Origin: Klebsormidium nitens | Lineage: Eukaryota; Plantae; Klebsormidiophyceae | DNA length: 64,000 nt | Assembly: GCA_000708835.1 (NCBI GenBank) | Contig: DF237328.1 | Location: forward strand, 1 to 64,000 | Direction: 5' to 3' | Shown: in pieces, positions 12,301 through 24,094 of the stretch | Layout: each line of letters opens with the position of its first letter | How positions within the stretch are numbered: position 1 is the stretch's first letter | Position numbers and translations under genes: made by a program | Notes under the pieces: model-generated | What the model was told of the DNA's origin: nothing | Seen by the model: only the letters and a program-made list of their open reading frames with translations | Database searches by the model: none

Positions 12301-15113
12301 GTCATCAGCACTTTAGCGTGAGTCCTTTACCTCAGAAAGTAGTCCGTAAGTTCAAGGTGACGCCGAAGCCTCAACCGGCCCCATGAGCTGAAGAGTGATT
12401 TATCTGGTAGAGTCAAAGGTGTGCTGTTGACAATTGCAAGAGTAGTGGATTTGGGAGACTTTGGAAAGACTAGTTGCCGCTCCGTTTCTTGGTTTCCGGC
12501 CAACGTCGTCTGTCAATGATGTTTGCTGTTCGCCGAAACTTCAAACCAGAGTGTCTTTCAACGGGCGACCCTTTACAATGCATGGTAGTAAAGCCTACGT
12601 TGGAAGCTCTGCGAGCTGATACTCGAAGCCTTCATGCGCGCTGCACTGCGAAAGGCGTCCTAAGCCTGAATGTGAACGCCCTTTCCAACAACGTGGCCTC
12701 CAGCGAGATAGTGGAGGAGACTTGTCACAATGCGCGATTCTCGATTCGATGCAAACAACTGTTTGACTAGCGCAGTCGAGATCGATGCAAAAGATTTGTC
12801 TATCCCCTGCTTTGCAAGGTGGTTGTCAGGTTAAGCTGGTGGCTAGTCTGAATAGAATCAGAGATTAAGCCTGTCTGTGCGTTTACAGGGGCGCGATGAT
12901 TCCGTGCATGATGCTCGTTCTGGGGGGGAACCTAGCAGAGGGTGAGCAGCCCAACTATCATCGTTTGTCTGGGGAACTTGCCTTTGGTCTCAAATGAACA
13001 TCTGCCACGCATGTTTCGACTTCGTCTAGCCCATTCTTCCGTATTTGGTGTTTCCAAAGGCTTCAGCAGAAGCCCGACGGCCTTGCTCAATTCAAGGGCT
13101 AAACAGGGAAGCTGTCGTTTCTTGCCAGCAACTGAATTTCTTCATCGGTCAATTTGTTCTCACCTTGGCCGGATGCTAGTTGCAATCAGGATAGGCAGTA
13201 GGAAGGTCTTACTGAGGTCTTCATTTGTACGTCCATCGATCCAACCTGAAGGATCGATTGCTTTCCGTGGCTCATTGCCCGGTTCACTCTGCCCGCATAT
13301 CAGCGGTCGTGAGTGCAGTTCCAGAAACTCCTCCCTTACAATTTCCTGCCACTTATGCCGCCAAAGTAGTCAACATAGCCCCCGCTCCTGAATCCGTTTT
13401 TTGCTGGTCGGAATGCAGGCTTCGACCACGGTCTTAGTCAGTGCTGCCCGTGGGTTGCCACCGCTTGTTGGTCCCCTCTCGTAGACACTGTTCCACATGG
13501 CCTAGTTCCTGAGCCACATCGATACCCTCAAAGTGCAAGCCGAACTTATGTCTGACCCCCGCGACAGTCCGTCAGCGTCCGCACAATGCTTAACTTGAGC
13601 GCGTCCGGCTCGTATTTCCATTGCTTCATCCGAAAGAGTGCTCCGACTATGCACTCCTTTTGTTAGACCCTTTTCTGCAGGTTCGCGGCGTCCAAAATGC
13701 AAGCTCCGACGATGGTCGGGATCACGTGCGTCCGGCGGGTCTTCGTGCCGCTTCAATTGAACGAGTGGTTTAGAGGAACTTATCTCTTCAACCCATCGTC
13801 TGTAGGCCTGGCGGGATTAGAAATGGAAGCTCAAATCGGGCGCGTTCGGCTGGTGTTCGGGTGCCTTGAGTGCTTGCACATTATTTGGGCGTAACCCATT
13901 TTCTGCAGGTCCAAACGGCGTCCGAAATGCAGGGGTCTGACGATGGTCAATTCGGTGGCGTCCGGCTGGTGTTTCGGCCGCTTTACTTGAAAACGAGCGT
14001 TCGAGGAAAACCCGTTTCCTCCTTAACCCATTTCTGTAGGTCCGACGGCGTCCGATATGCAGGTTCCGACGATGGTCGGGATCGGGTGCGTTCTGTGGTG
14101 CTCATGCGGCTTTTAATACTTTGAAATGAGTGTCAAAGGAGTAATCAAGACTAACCCGGTTTTGTTTAACCCACTTCTGCAGGTCCGACGGCGTCCGAAA
14201 TGCAGGTTCCGACGATGGTCGGGATCGGGTGCGTCCGGCTGGTGTTCCTGCCGCTGCTGGGCATCGCGGTCGTTAAGTGTGCGGACCTGCTCGCGCTGCT
14301 GCCGCCCGCCGATCCGCTCTTCCGATTCGTGTTGCTGCTCCAATTCGCTATGCCAACGGCAATTAACCTAGGTAAGGAGGCTTCCTGGTTTGGTCAGGCG
14401 TTACTGTGAGCGCTGTCTTCTGCTGCTCACGTCACGCTTTCGAGTTCCGCTGAGACGAACTTGGTGGCCATGCTTAACCTCTTTTTGATTTGTGTTGCTA
14501 CTTCATCTGCTCTGTGCACTGCAATCAACCTCTAGAGGTAAGGAGGCTTTCCGGAGTTCTGGGCTCGTCAGGAAATGCCCTGACGAGGTTCGCGTCTTCT
14601 TTTCTGGAACCTTGAAACTAAAGCCTTACTTCTTGGTATCTCTCGCATTTCCAGAAGTTGACTAACCAGTCTCTTTGAATGTTTTACGCCTCAATATCAC
14701 ATCATTTTCGAGGCACGGATACGGCGTGTTGAGAAGGGAACGTCGCTTCTCTATATTGGCCATAACCAGGTCTCTTCTCCACTCAACTTTTGGAACTCGA
14801 ATCGAGATTGAGTGGCTCTTCCACTTTCGCCGAAGACCCAGACACCAAAGTAGGACCCTCCAGCTTTCGGCTGCCTCATCCGCTTCGCAAGGCTTTCGGT
14901 AGACCGTGCATTATGCTCTCAGAGAGCTAGTTCCATGTTTCCTCTGAAGTTGAGTTCTTGATATTGCCGCCATCTTTTTGCTCTCCAGGTACAGTGGCGA
15001 CGATGCACGGCGTGGGGGAGAAGGAGACGTCCGCCGTTCTCTTCTGGTCGTACCTGGCGTGCACACTGACCATGCCCGCATTCATTATGCTCTTTTTGTA
15101 CATTCTCATCTGA
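9325..15113 (+). CDS. PILS: PIN-LIKES (PILS) auxin efflux carrier family protein (~453 aa, 7 exons)
   Basis: Exons 9325-9554, 10362-10599, 10949-11374, 12217-12317, 12889-12941, 14183-14371, 14989-15113; 1362 nt, in frame. Motifs VFTPALVF, GNMGNLPLVLI, AMIPCMMLVLGGNL, FRFVLLLQFAMPTAINL, ETSAVLFWSY. Two TM blocks around a hydrophilic loop. Confidence 0.92.
13660..14182 (+). repeat. Tandem echo array of the PILS exon 6 acceptor plus exon start (4 extra copies)
   Basis: ttctgcag/ctgtag|GTCCGACGGCGTCCGAAATGCAG-like units with AG ending at 13680, 13805, 13908 and 14039; real at 14182. A short exon-end/donor echo (gcaatcaacc...gtaaggaggctt) also lies at ~14521-14550. Confidence 0.85.
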
Positions 15114-17324
15114 GGAAGCGGTGAGTCTACCCACACTTTGTGGCATGTAGGATGAATGTGACTCATGCACGTGGTATTCCAATCTGGTGAGATCTTCGTG
15201 ACCGATTCAATGTCTCGATCTCAAACTCTTCTGAAATGTTGCAATGATTTCGGTTAGTTGCAAGGTTGTCATCCGCCTCTGACCGCACACGGAAAGGCCG
15301 CGGTTTGCCGGACCGCACAACAAGAAAGTGATAACAGCTGGCCAAGCGTCGCTTCGCGATGGCAGAAAAAATGTAGAGTTATTTGAGCTTCGCAATTTGC
15401 GGTTGCCGTGTCCGATCGTGCGGCGTGTTTGCTGGCAAGTGCTGAGATCTTGAAAGTTGGGTTGCACTCAGAAGGGAAATCCCGGCTGAAGGTGAAGGTT
15501 TGGCACTTTAGACGACCCAGAAAGGTTTAGGCTTTCAGGAGGGCGACCAGGTCCAACGTTTTCGCCCCTTTCAATCCAGGCCCGAAAGGGCTCACGTGCG
15601 TGAGATTTTTTGGTTGGGATCGTCTCTGTTTCGTCAAATCAACTGGTCTGTGTTGCTTGCTTGCAGGTTTCCACATTCTTTGGGATGCACGAAGGACTAC
15701 GTTGGTAGAGGGCAGGAACATTTGGGTTCGTTGTTTCTTATTAATCATTCGATGTAATTGTAAAGCGCTCTTGAACGACACATTATTCCAACACATGCTA
15801 GGGCTTCCAAGTTACTGTATGTCAAACGGAAGCAAGAGGATGGATAGATTTTATCAGCAACTAGTAATGAATCTGGGTTGTTAAGTACTGTCCGGCAAGC
15901 TCCATTCTGATAGAGCAACAATGCTGAAACACAGGTCCGCTAGCTGAATACAGGTTGATGAAACGAAGTTCAGGTGGGGGTAGTTATCAAGGTTAGGTGA
16001 AGTGCGACAGAGGAATTTGCTTGTCTTGTATACTGGGCCATGAAAGTTTTGAGTTCGTTGTCTCCTAGCTTACGTTTCCAACATACTGCCATGACGTCCG
16101 CTTGCGGACTCCCGGCGGGGTTGTATGCATGACGTGCTCAACGCCCTTGTATGCCAAAGAATGGTATCATGTACCTAAACGTTAATTTGGCCTGCATGAG
16201 GATCTATGCAGCTACGTTCGCATGCAAAATGGCAGAGCACGCATAAAAAGTCACTCCGGATGGATCGAGATACCATGCGCTTGGCTAGACCGGAGCAACC
16301 AAAACTTAGGCTGGGCCGCTGGTATCACGGCCTACAAAGAGCAGCCGAAGCGATAGTTGGACGTCGAGGAGCTCTGTAAGGGTGTTACCATACAAATCCA
16401 ATCCCCAACTTGAACGGCCCGCGGCGGCCATTGACGCGCTGGCAATTGCACTAGGAATTGAACGTGGGCAACATCTACATTGCCGATCGAAGTTTCTGGT
16501 GAGCCTCGAAGCTGTGGTGGCAAACATCGCTGGGTCACGTACCGTACCTTGCTTGAAACCCACTTCTGTGTCGGACTGCAGGACTACCCACTGCCAGTAG
16601 GTACCCCTTCGTTTACGGGGAGCAGACCGGCCTACCGTACCTTTACACTCCCGTTTACACTTTCCGGGTCCCGGCAGTCTCTTTTATCCATCCGAAGGGC
16701 TTAGAGCGTCTACGGTCCAGTCGATCGATCCCACCGGACGGACAAGAATCAGGATGCCCTCGTTTGCTTCGGCCCGTTCCCGTTCCGTTCCCATTAAGGC
16801 TCTTGATCTCTTGATCGTTCTACGATCACGTTGTACTCGGACTGTTGGCTTGGCCAACTCGTTGCATCGAGTGTGTGTGTGCCTGTGCTTGTACCGTGAG
16901 TGCGTGAGTTGCAGTGCTTTGAACCTGCCAGGTGGGGATATCGGATCGACTTGTCCGGCCGGGAATATTTTCTTCGGACTCCGGAGTCCCCCGCGAGCAG
17001 ATCCGACAAACTTACAAGGCAACATCCATGTCGACATGACCGAAAAGATTCCTTTTCCAACCAAACGAGTCCATAGGTGGGCGGTCTCATTATCATCTGA
17101 GCTCGGTATCTTCGATGATCTCGAGTTCATCAAATATTCGTGGGGTTTTTGTCTTCCGCGTAGAGTATAACTTCTACCAACATATTTCTCCGCAATCTCG
17201 AAATGCTGACGTTCGTGACTTTCGACCTAAAATATTCCTTCTGTCGACATACCTGATTGTACATCCCTGACATCCGAGGCCAATCTGTCAAAAATGAGCT
17301 CTGTTTGCAGTAAGTACCGTACCG

Positions 17325-17604
17325 GCATATCCAGCCCATAGCTGCGCCCAGAGTCAAGTACCGCACACGCAGCTTGGTACCGGTTGAATGGTCCGGTTCT
17401 CCAAAGTGCAAACACTGCGATCCCCAGATTCCAAACGGACTTCACTGCACAGCTCTCATCTTGTTCAGGAAGCGTATCAGGTAAAAGATCAAAGCAGCCT
17501 TGCAGCTATCAATCCTAGCTGACTAGGTTCTCTTAGAGAACCTGAAGAAGCCTTTTAAAGATTCTAGGTAGCTGACTGTGTCAATAAACAGGGTTCCTAT
17601 AAAA
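17325..17604 (+). promoter_or_regulatory. Candidate PTB promoter: P1BS-like GCATATCC and TATA box
   Basis: GCATATCC (GNATATNC) at 17325-17332 and TATAAAA at 17598-17604. Probable 5'UTR intron 17806-18214 (ctaag|gtgagt ... tttgcag) before the ATG at 18225. A motif this short is expected by chance about once per 4 kb. Confidence 0.3.
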
Positions 17605-18224
17605 CCCAAAGAGACGGCGCCACTTCTCTTCAAAAGCAAATTGCAGTGGATCAGCAAGCGCACTGTGTTCAGTCTCAAGTCCTTGCGCCACCTTCCAAGC
17701 TGAAGTGAGAGCCCTTTGTTCACATCACTCATCACATCATCGCTCGTGCTCCTCAGGTGTTTACACAGCTGGCAGCAAAGCAACTTGCTAGAGGCGGTGA
17801 CTAAGGTGAGTTAACTGCACCGCTGCTGACTACTTTCAGCTGATCACCTGTTCTTGAGAAGTTCTGAGGGTGGTTGAGGATCACAATCTTGGGCCTTTCG
17901 AAGAAGGCAACTAGCGGCGGACCAGTTGGCCAGTTGATGGACAGACAACTTGCGCTGAGGCTGATGATAGAAGTTGAAAATTGGCTGTGCAGTAGCCAAC
18001 AGCAAAGATCAGCAGTAGTATTATGACCCTGAAAGCGCGCAATCTCAACTGAGCTTGTTCATTGAGTCAGCTTGCATTTCAGAAAAGTCCTGCGCTGCTC
18101 ATCATGCTGAGGCGGATTAGGTGTTCAGAGATGAAGTGCCTTAGTTCTGCCCATCAAAAGGGCTTTCATTCTGTTTCAACCACTTTCTGCTGACTGCCAA
18201 CTTTCGCTTTGCAGAGCTGCAGCC

Positions 18225-21200
18225 ATGTTGGCGTTCCCAGGAATGGAGCAGTACCTGTGGATGGTAGTGGTGGGGGCCTTTGTGGCCTTCGGGTTTGGGT
18301 GGGCCACAGGTAAGACTCTTTCCTTTTTCTTTGAGCTTTTTACCCACTTTGGGTTAGTGGCAGTTAAACAAGTCTACTGGGTCCGTGGCAGCTTCTCAAA
18401 TGGATAGACAACCTATTGATCAGGGTGGTTTGCAGCGTCTAGTGGGAGAAAGGCATGTCACGCTGATGGCTTGAAACTTTGGGCATGTTAAGACCAACTT
18501 CCTTTGGGGTTTAGCGGAACTGCCCACAGGTTTTTTTGGGTTTGAACAAACTGCCCATGTGCCGCCTTGGGTGCTGCCTCAGTAATTATGTTGACTCACA
18601 GCTGTGACAGCTGTCTCTTGCTGGTGAAAGGAAGGAATTCCTTCAGGTTACCAAATCTTCCAACTGCCTGTCAGAAAGAGACAGGTGCCACCACTTACCC
18701 CGCAGGTCTAATCATTCGCTTTTGTTCGCAGGGTCCAACGATGTTGCCAACGCCTTCGGAACCTCCGTCGGTGCCAAGACTCTGTCCCTCCGCCAAGCTG
18801 TCGTTGTAAGTCCCAAGCTCAAGCATCCTCAGAGTTTGTTTTGCGAAATACACAGGTTTTTGTACGCTCCAATATTTGACCAGGCTTTGTTCGTCCATGC
18901 TGGCGCGGGCAGCAATTTAGCATGCCAAGAAAGTTCCACGGCAAACTCCCTCTTTGTAGCTCACAATAATGCCTTCTTAGTACCGCTGCCAGCTGTCAAG
19001 CAGATTGTTCGTTTGTACATAGACCGTGCTGGTTTTCAACACACCTTCACTGGCCAAGTTCTTTGCTCTGAAATGTTGGAACCTGCTTTGATCTTCGACT
19101 TTAATCGCTAAGTTTGCTTTTAATCCCGACCTTTTACCACCTTAGGGTCTTTGATTGCGTGCCACCTGTTGAGTCCGTGCTAACAATCCCCTAACTTTTT
19201 CCTTCACAGATTGCCGCTATCTTCGAGGCCGGCGGCGCCCTCCTGCTCGGTCGCGTGTCCACTAACACAATCGCGGGCGGAATCGCTGACATCAACTCCT
19301 TCCTGGAGGATCCTGAGGTTTACGCTTACGGCATGATCTGCGCCCTGCTCGTGGGCACCATCTGGCAGGGCCTCGCCTCCAAGATGGGTGTCAACGTCTC
19401 TGCCACGCACTCCATCAGTGAGTACTTGACACTAACAGAATATGAATGTGGAGCTTGGAAACCCTGCATACCCTGTTCTGGGGTTTGGCAGATTGTAAAC
19501 TAGGCCTTATCTTTTCTGGATCCTAGGATTCTAGAGTTACATATTCTCTGGAGAATCCTGAAACAGCTTCTTCGTGGGGCAATTTTTGGGTTGCAGTCGC
19601 GCGCGAGGTTGGAAACCCCTTCGCAATATGCTTCTGACTCGGTCACAGCGCTGGTGGCTTCGCAGGAAACGAACTCCTTAGGCTCGTGTCAAACCACCTC
19701 CCCACTGTGCAGTTGGCGGTATCGTCGGTTTCGCCCTCGTCTGGGGGGGCAGCGACGCAGTCATCTGGGCCCAGAAGGCCGCCCCCGGGGAGGTTGCCTT
19801 TCCCCCCTACAAGGGCGTGATCTCCATCATTCTCGCCTGGTTCATTGCCCCGGTTCTCACCGGTTCCGTAGCCGCGCTCCTGTTCTTTACGCTTCGCTTT
19901 TTGGTGCTTCGGAGGCAGAACGCGTACAACCTGGCCTTCTGGGTGTTCCCCCCGCTGGTGCTCATCACGACCTGGGTCAATATGTACTTTGTCTTCACCA
20001 AGGTGGGTTTGGAATTCGGGTTTGCGAGGGTTTAGGGTTTGCGAGGGTTTGGGGTTTGCTAGGGTGTGAGGGTCTGCTTGTGTAGAAGGAAGCCAACGCA
20101 GTCCGATGTTGACAGCTATTACCATCTTCAGGTTTTCGAGCCCTGCTTTTTGTCGGGCGCAAAATCTGGTATGACAGCTGTTACCGTCTTCAGGTTTTCG
20201 AGCCCTGCTTTTTGTCGGGCGCAGAATGTGGTTTGATAGGACAGCTGTTATTGAGCCCTTGCTTTTCTTGTTGGACCTAGACTTTTGCGAAATCATCTCG
20301 TCCAGTAGCTTGGACAGCGCGACAGTGAGGGACTCACACCCGCATAAAATGGGAGCTGAAAGCTTTGCACCTTCTCCGAATATCTGCTTTTTACTTTGAT
20401 CCATCACTGAAGCGCGCCTTCCTCCCCTTTTTGCAGGGCGCCAAGAAGGCCCTGAGCACCGGTGACGACAGCTGGACAGACACCAAGGCCGTGTGGGTTT
20501 CTGCGTGCATTGCGGGCGGTGCTGCAATCCTTATGGCCCTTCTCACCCCCGTCCTGAAGAAGAGGGCCGACTCCAACTTCGACGCGTAAGTCTTCTTCTC
20601 CTTTCCCGGTTTAAAGCCATCTCTATCCCCGCTTCTCGAAACCTGCTTTCACAAACCATCTCCACCCCTGCTTCTCGAGAATCTTGTCATATCTCTACTT
20701 TTTCCTGGCGCGTGATTTTCCAAGAGAAGCTCCTCAGAGGAGATGTTGAACTCGCCCTTGCTGACAAAGTGGCAGCCAGCAGAAAGGCAGATTTTTTGAA
20801 TCTGAAGGAGTAGTTCTCTGACTGAGATGACGTGGATCTTTCACTTGCTGATGAGTGACAGCTAGTAAAAACGGGATGTGCTCCTCAAGCAAGAAAGTAT
20901 TTGCTAGGGCCAGCCCTTTTGCCAGAGAACCAATCAATCCAGGCAAGCCAAATCGAGAATTACATCTGCAGCAGTACATGGAATTTATGCAGTTGCTACT
21001 TTTCCAGTCGCTTCGCCACAAAGTTGGTTCTCATTTCCTCCGCTCGACCACTCTTTCTTACTACGTTCCCCCACTTCCCGCAGCGACGGCAAGCGCATCA
21101 ACAAGGAGATCCCCCTCGAGGACATCGAAGCCGCCAAGAAGACCGAGGGCGAGGAAGAGCAGCCCCAGTCTCTGTACAGCAAGGCCAAGACTGCCGCGCT

Positions 21201-24094
21201 TTACGGAACCAGCTACAATATCCACGCTATCATCGACTCTGACGCGGCCGTGCACAAGATTCACTCGGGCGCTGAGGTATTCGAGGAGCGCGTCGAGTTT
21301 GCCTTCGGCTACCTCCAGGTGCGTACTTTGCGCCGCAGTTTTGTATTTGTGACTTGCAGGAATGATTCGTAACTGAGGGTCAAAGACTGCTGTCTGAGGG
21401 TCAAGGGTTGCTGTTTCAAGAGTCAAGAGGTTGCAATTCTAAAAGCCTCGGGAGAGTGGGTTTCGACTTGGTATCGAGGAGATGCAGGAATGACCCGTTT
21501 CTTGAAAGTATCTTGAAGAAGGTTTGGAATTTCTGAGCATCAAAGGTGGGCCCCTCTGATCGTTCGGGGGAGTGGGTTCAGACTTCGGTTAGGGAGATGG
21601 AACGCAAAAGCTGGGCCTTTCTGACGGTTCGGGCAGTTGGTTCAATCTGAGGGCGTTGTGGCCGTCAGCAGCTTTTATTTGGTTCTGGTATCGGGTGGAT
21701 GCCAAACGGAGGCCAAATGCCTCACTGCACGATCAAGAGATGTCCTTCTCAGGTGGTTCTGGCTTTCAAAGAATACGAGGCTGTTCAGCCAAAACGTGTC
21801 TTCGTGCCTCGTGTGATCAGCTTCGCTTTCATAAGCCTTTCATCAGACGACGAAATTGTCCTCCGGCGAACTAATCCGCGCATTCCTTTGTTTTGCCCGG
21901 CAGGTCTTCTCCGCCATCTGCGTCATCTTTGCGCACGGCGCGGGCGAGGTCGGTTACATGGTCGGCCCCCTAACCACCATCTGGAAGGTTTACGGGGACG
22001 GTTTCCTAGCCAAGAAGGTTGACCCCCCAATCTGGGTCGTCATCATCGGTGCGACCGGTCTGGTTATCGGGTTAGCGACCTACGGTTACAACGTAACCCG
22101 GACCATGGGAGTGCAGCTGGCCAAGATCACCCCCGCGCGCGGCTTCTGCGCTGAGCTGGCGACAGCTGGCACCATCATGTTCGCTGCGCAGTGAGTATTC
22201 CGTCTCCCGGACTCCGAGTTTGGAGTCCTATATCACTTTCAGCAGTTGTTAAGGTTTGGTTGGGAGTCTCTACTCCGCTTTGGCTACTTCCTTTTGTCAC
22301 TTTTGTCTCGGAACCGAAAGGTTGCGCAAGAAGCGGTCATAGCGTGACTCCTTCCGTACACTCTTCGAAGCCTTCCGCAAATGGGTTGGGACGTAGCATT
22401 CGTTCTAGAAACCTTTCGAAGCTTTGTGCAAATAGGTTTCCACACAACTATGCATCTCTCGCCTGCTTTACCCCTTATCCCCATTATTTCTTCGTGTCCT
22501 TCAAACTGCAAATTTGACGTGGCCCGTTGATTGTGCGCAGGTACGGTCTCCCCACTTCTTCCAGCCAGTGCATCACGGGAGCTATCGTCGGTGTCGCTCT
22601 TTTGGAGGGCGCCAAGGGCGTCAACTGGAAGATCTTCGTAACCCAGTTCGTCTCCTGGGTGCTCACTCTGGTCGCCGTCGGCGGCTTTGTCGCCCTCATC
22701 TTTGCTCAGGTGCGTCTTTGCAACTTTCACGGTTCCGCAAGTAGACAATTGTCAAAGTGCGTCTTCCGCAATTTCACACCGTTTCGCAAGTAGATATCAG
22801 TTGAGGGATTTGCGAGTAATCAAGGCTTTTCAGACTTCTTTCAGGAGGGAACTACTGTTTTATAGTATCTGCGAATCTGATAACCAGCTCTACCTTCGAA
22901 CATCGCCAACGTGCTCGTTAAGCTTGAGCTTCTTCTTTGTTGCGACCTTTGATTCTAAGATCTGCAAAGCGCGACAGGCAGACCAGAGTTGAATGTCAGA
23001 TTCCGAGAAGTGGGTTCTCTAGCTCCTCCTACCTTCTCCAAAAGATTGAACGCGCAATCTGTATCTTGGTGTCTCTTGTCAAACGAGTTCGTTTCTGACC
23101 ACTTGACTAACCCGATTCTTCCATCTCGTGTCGCAGGGCATTTACGCCCCGTCCCGCCAGTCCCTCACCCAGCAGCACCAGTACGAAACCCGGGTTAGCA
23201 ACCTAACCACGAACCTGTACAAGGACTTCAACACCTCCCTGTACGCATACCGCGCGGGCGCGGCCGCGGGCGCGCTTCCGACTCTGTCCGCCGCCCAATG
23301 GTCGTCTTTGAACTCCTCAGTCGCCAAGGCTTCGAGCACCGCGAAGGGATTGGTCGACCTCAAGAAGAGGCAGACAGGTGAGGGTTGCGCAAACCCGACA
23401 GCGTTTTGACTGCCGCTTATCAATGTCTGCTGGTCTGCAAGGATCCGGTCGACCGCAAGAATAGGCAAACAGGCGAGAATGAAGCAAACCCAATAGCATT
23501 TCGGCTGCCGCGTCTCAATCGTGTGATCTGCAATGGTGTTACTGTGAATTTGAGTAATGTGAAAAAGTGCCTGGTCGATAGTGAGGGCTAAGCGGAAGGC
23601 AGAGCAAAGGTTGTGGCTTTCTTGACAGCGCTTGGGTGAAGCGGTTCGTGAGGGGATTTGTGGGCTGTAAATCAAGGGTCGATGTCGACAAGAAATGCTT
23701 GAAAAGAACGCTCGGCCACGGCTCACTTCCATATTTCTCGAGATAGCATGATCTTGGGACAACGATTCTTGCGTCTCGTTTTGTTTCCTATCTTCCAAGA
23801 GCCTTGCGAAGCTAGTTCGTGTCTTGCAACTTCGTCGGCGTCTGATCAAATCTGGTCACATCGCATCTGTTTTCGACCCTCTTTCGCTTTTTCTTCGCAG
23901 TCGAGGCCAATGACGTGATGACCAACCTGTACAAGGCGATCGCGCTGTTCCAGCAGAACACCGTATTGACACTCGGCCAGGCGGCCGTCTTCAACGGCTC
24001 CACCGGCTGCAACGCAGTGTCAAGCGCGGCGACCCCCGCCCTGTGTCAAGCGCCCAAGCTGCTGCCCACCGCCTACCAAACCAGGTTTCCTTAG
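18225..24094 (+). CDS. PTB: PTB-type SLC20/PHO4-family Na+/phosphate symporter (~643 aa, 10 exons)
   Basis: Exons 18225-18309, 18732-18805, 19210-19417, 19713-20002, 20437-20585, 21084-21318, 21904-22190, 22541-22709, 23137-23377, 23901-24094; 1932 nt, in frame. Signatures GSNDVANAFGTSVG, VNVSATHSII, FAHGAGEVGYMVGPL, ITPARGFCAELAT, GVNWKIF. Confidence 0.92.
20105..20265 (+). repeat. Intronic ~62-bp tandem repeat (2 near-perfect copies plus 1 degenerate)
   Basis: gacagct(a/g)ttacc(a/g)tcttcaggttttcgagccctgctttttgtcgggcgca repeated in PTB intron 4. Confidence 0.8.

Noticed and set aside
13000-13400. Protein-like minus-strand fragment (LLWRHKWQEIVREEFLEL) in PILS intron 5
   Set aside because: Interrupted by stops and not assignable; cannot be distinguished from chance without a search.
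16684-17170. Overlapping 138-aa and 149-aa ORFs between PILS and PTB
   Set aside because: Opposite-strand pair with simple-repeat content and no motifs; probably non-coding.
19643-20527. 294-aa minus-strand ORF
   Set aside because: Antisense shadow of GC-rich PTB exons 4-5 plus intronic repeats; no protein features.
23142-23849. 235-aa minus-strand ORF
   Set aside because: Antisense to PTB exon 9 and intron 9; low-information sequence.
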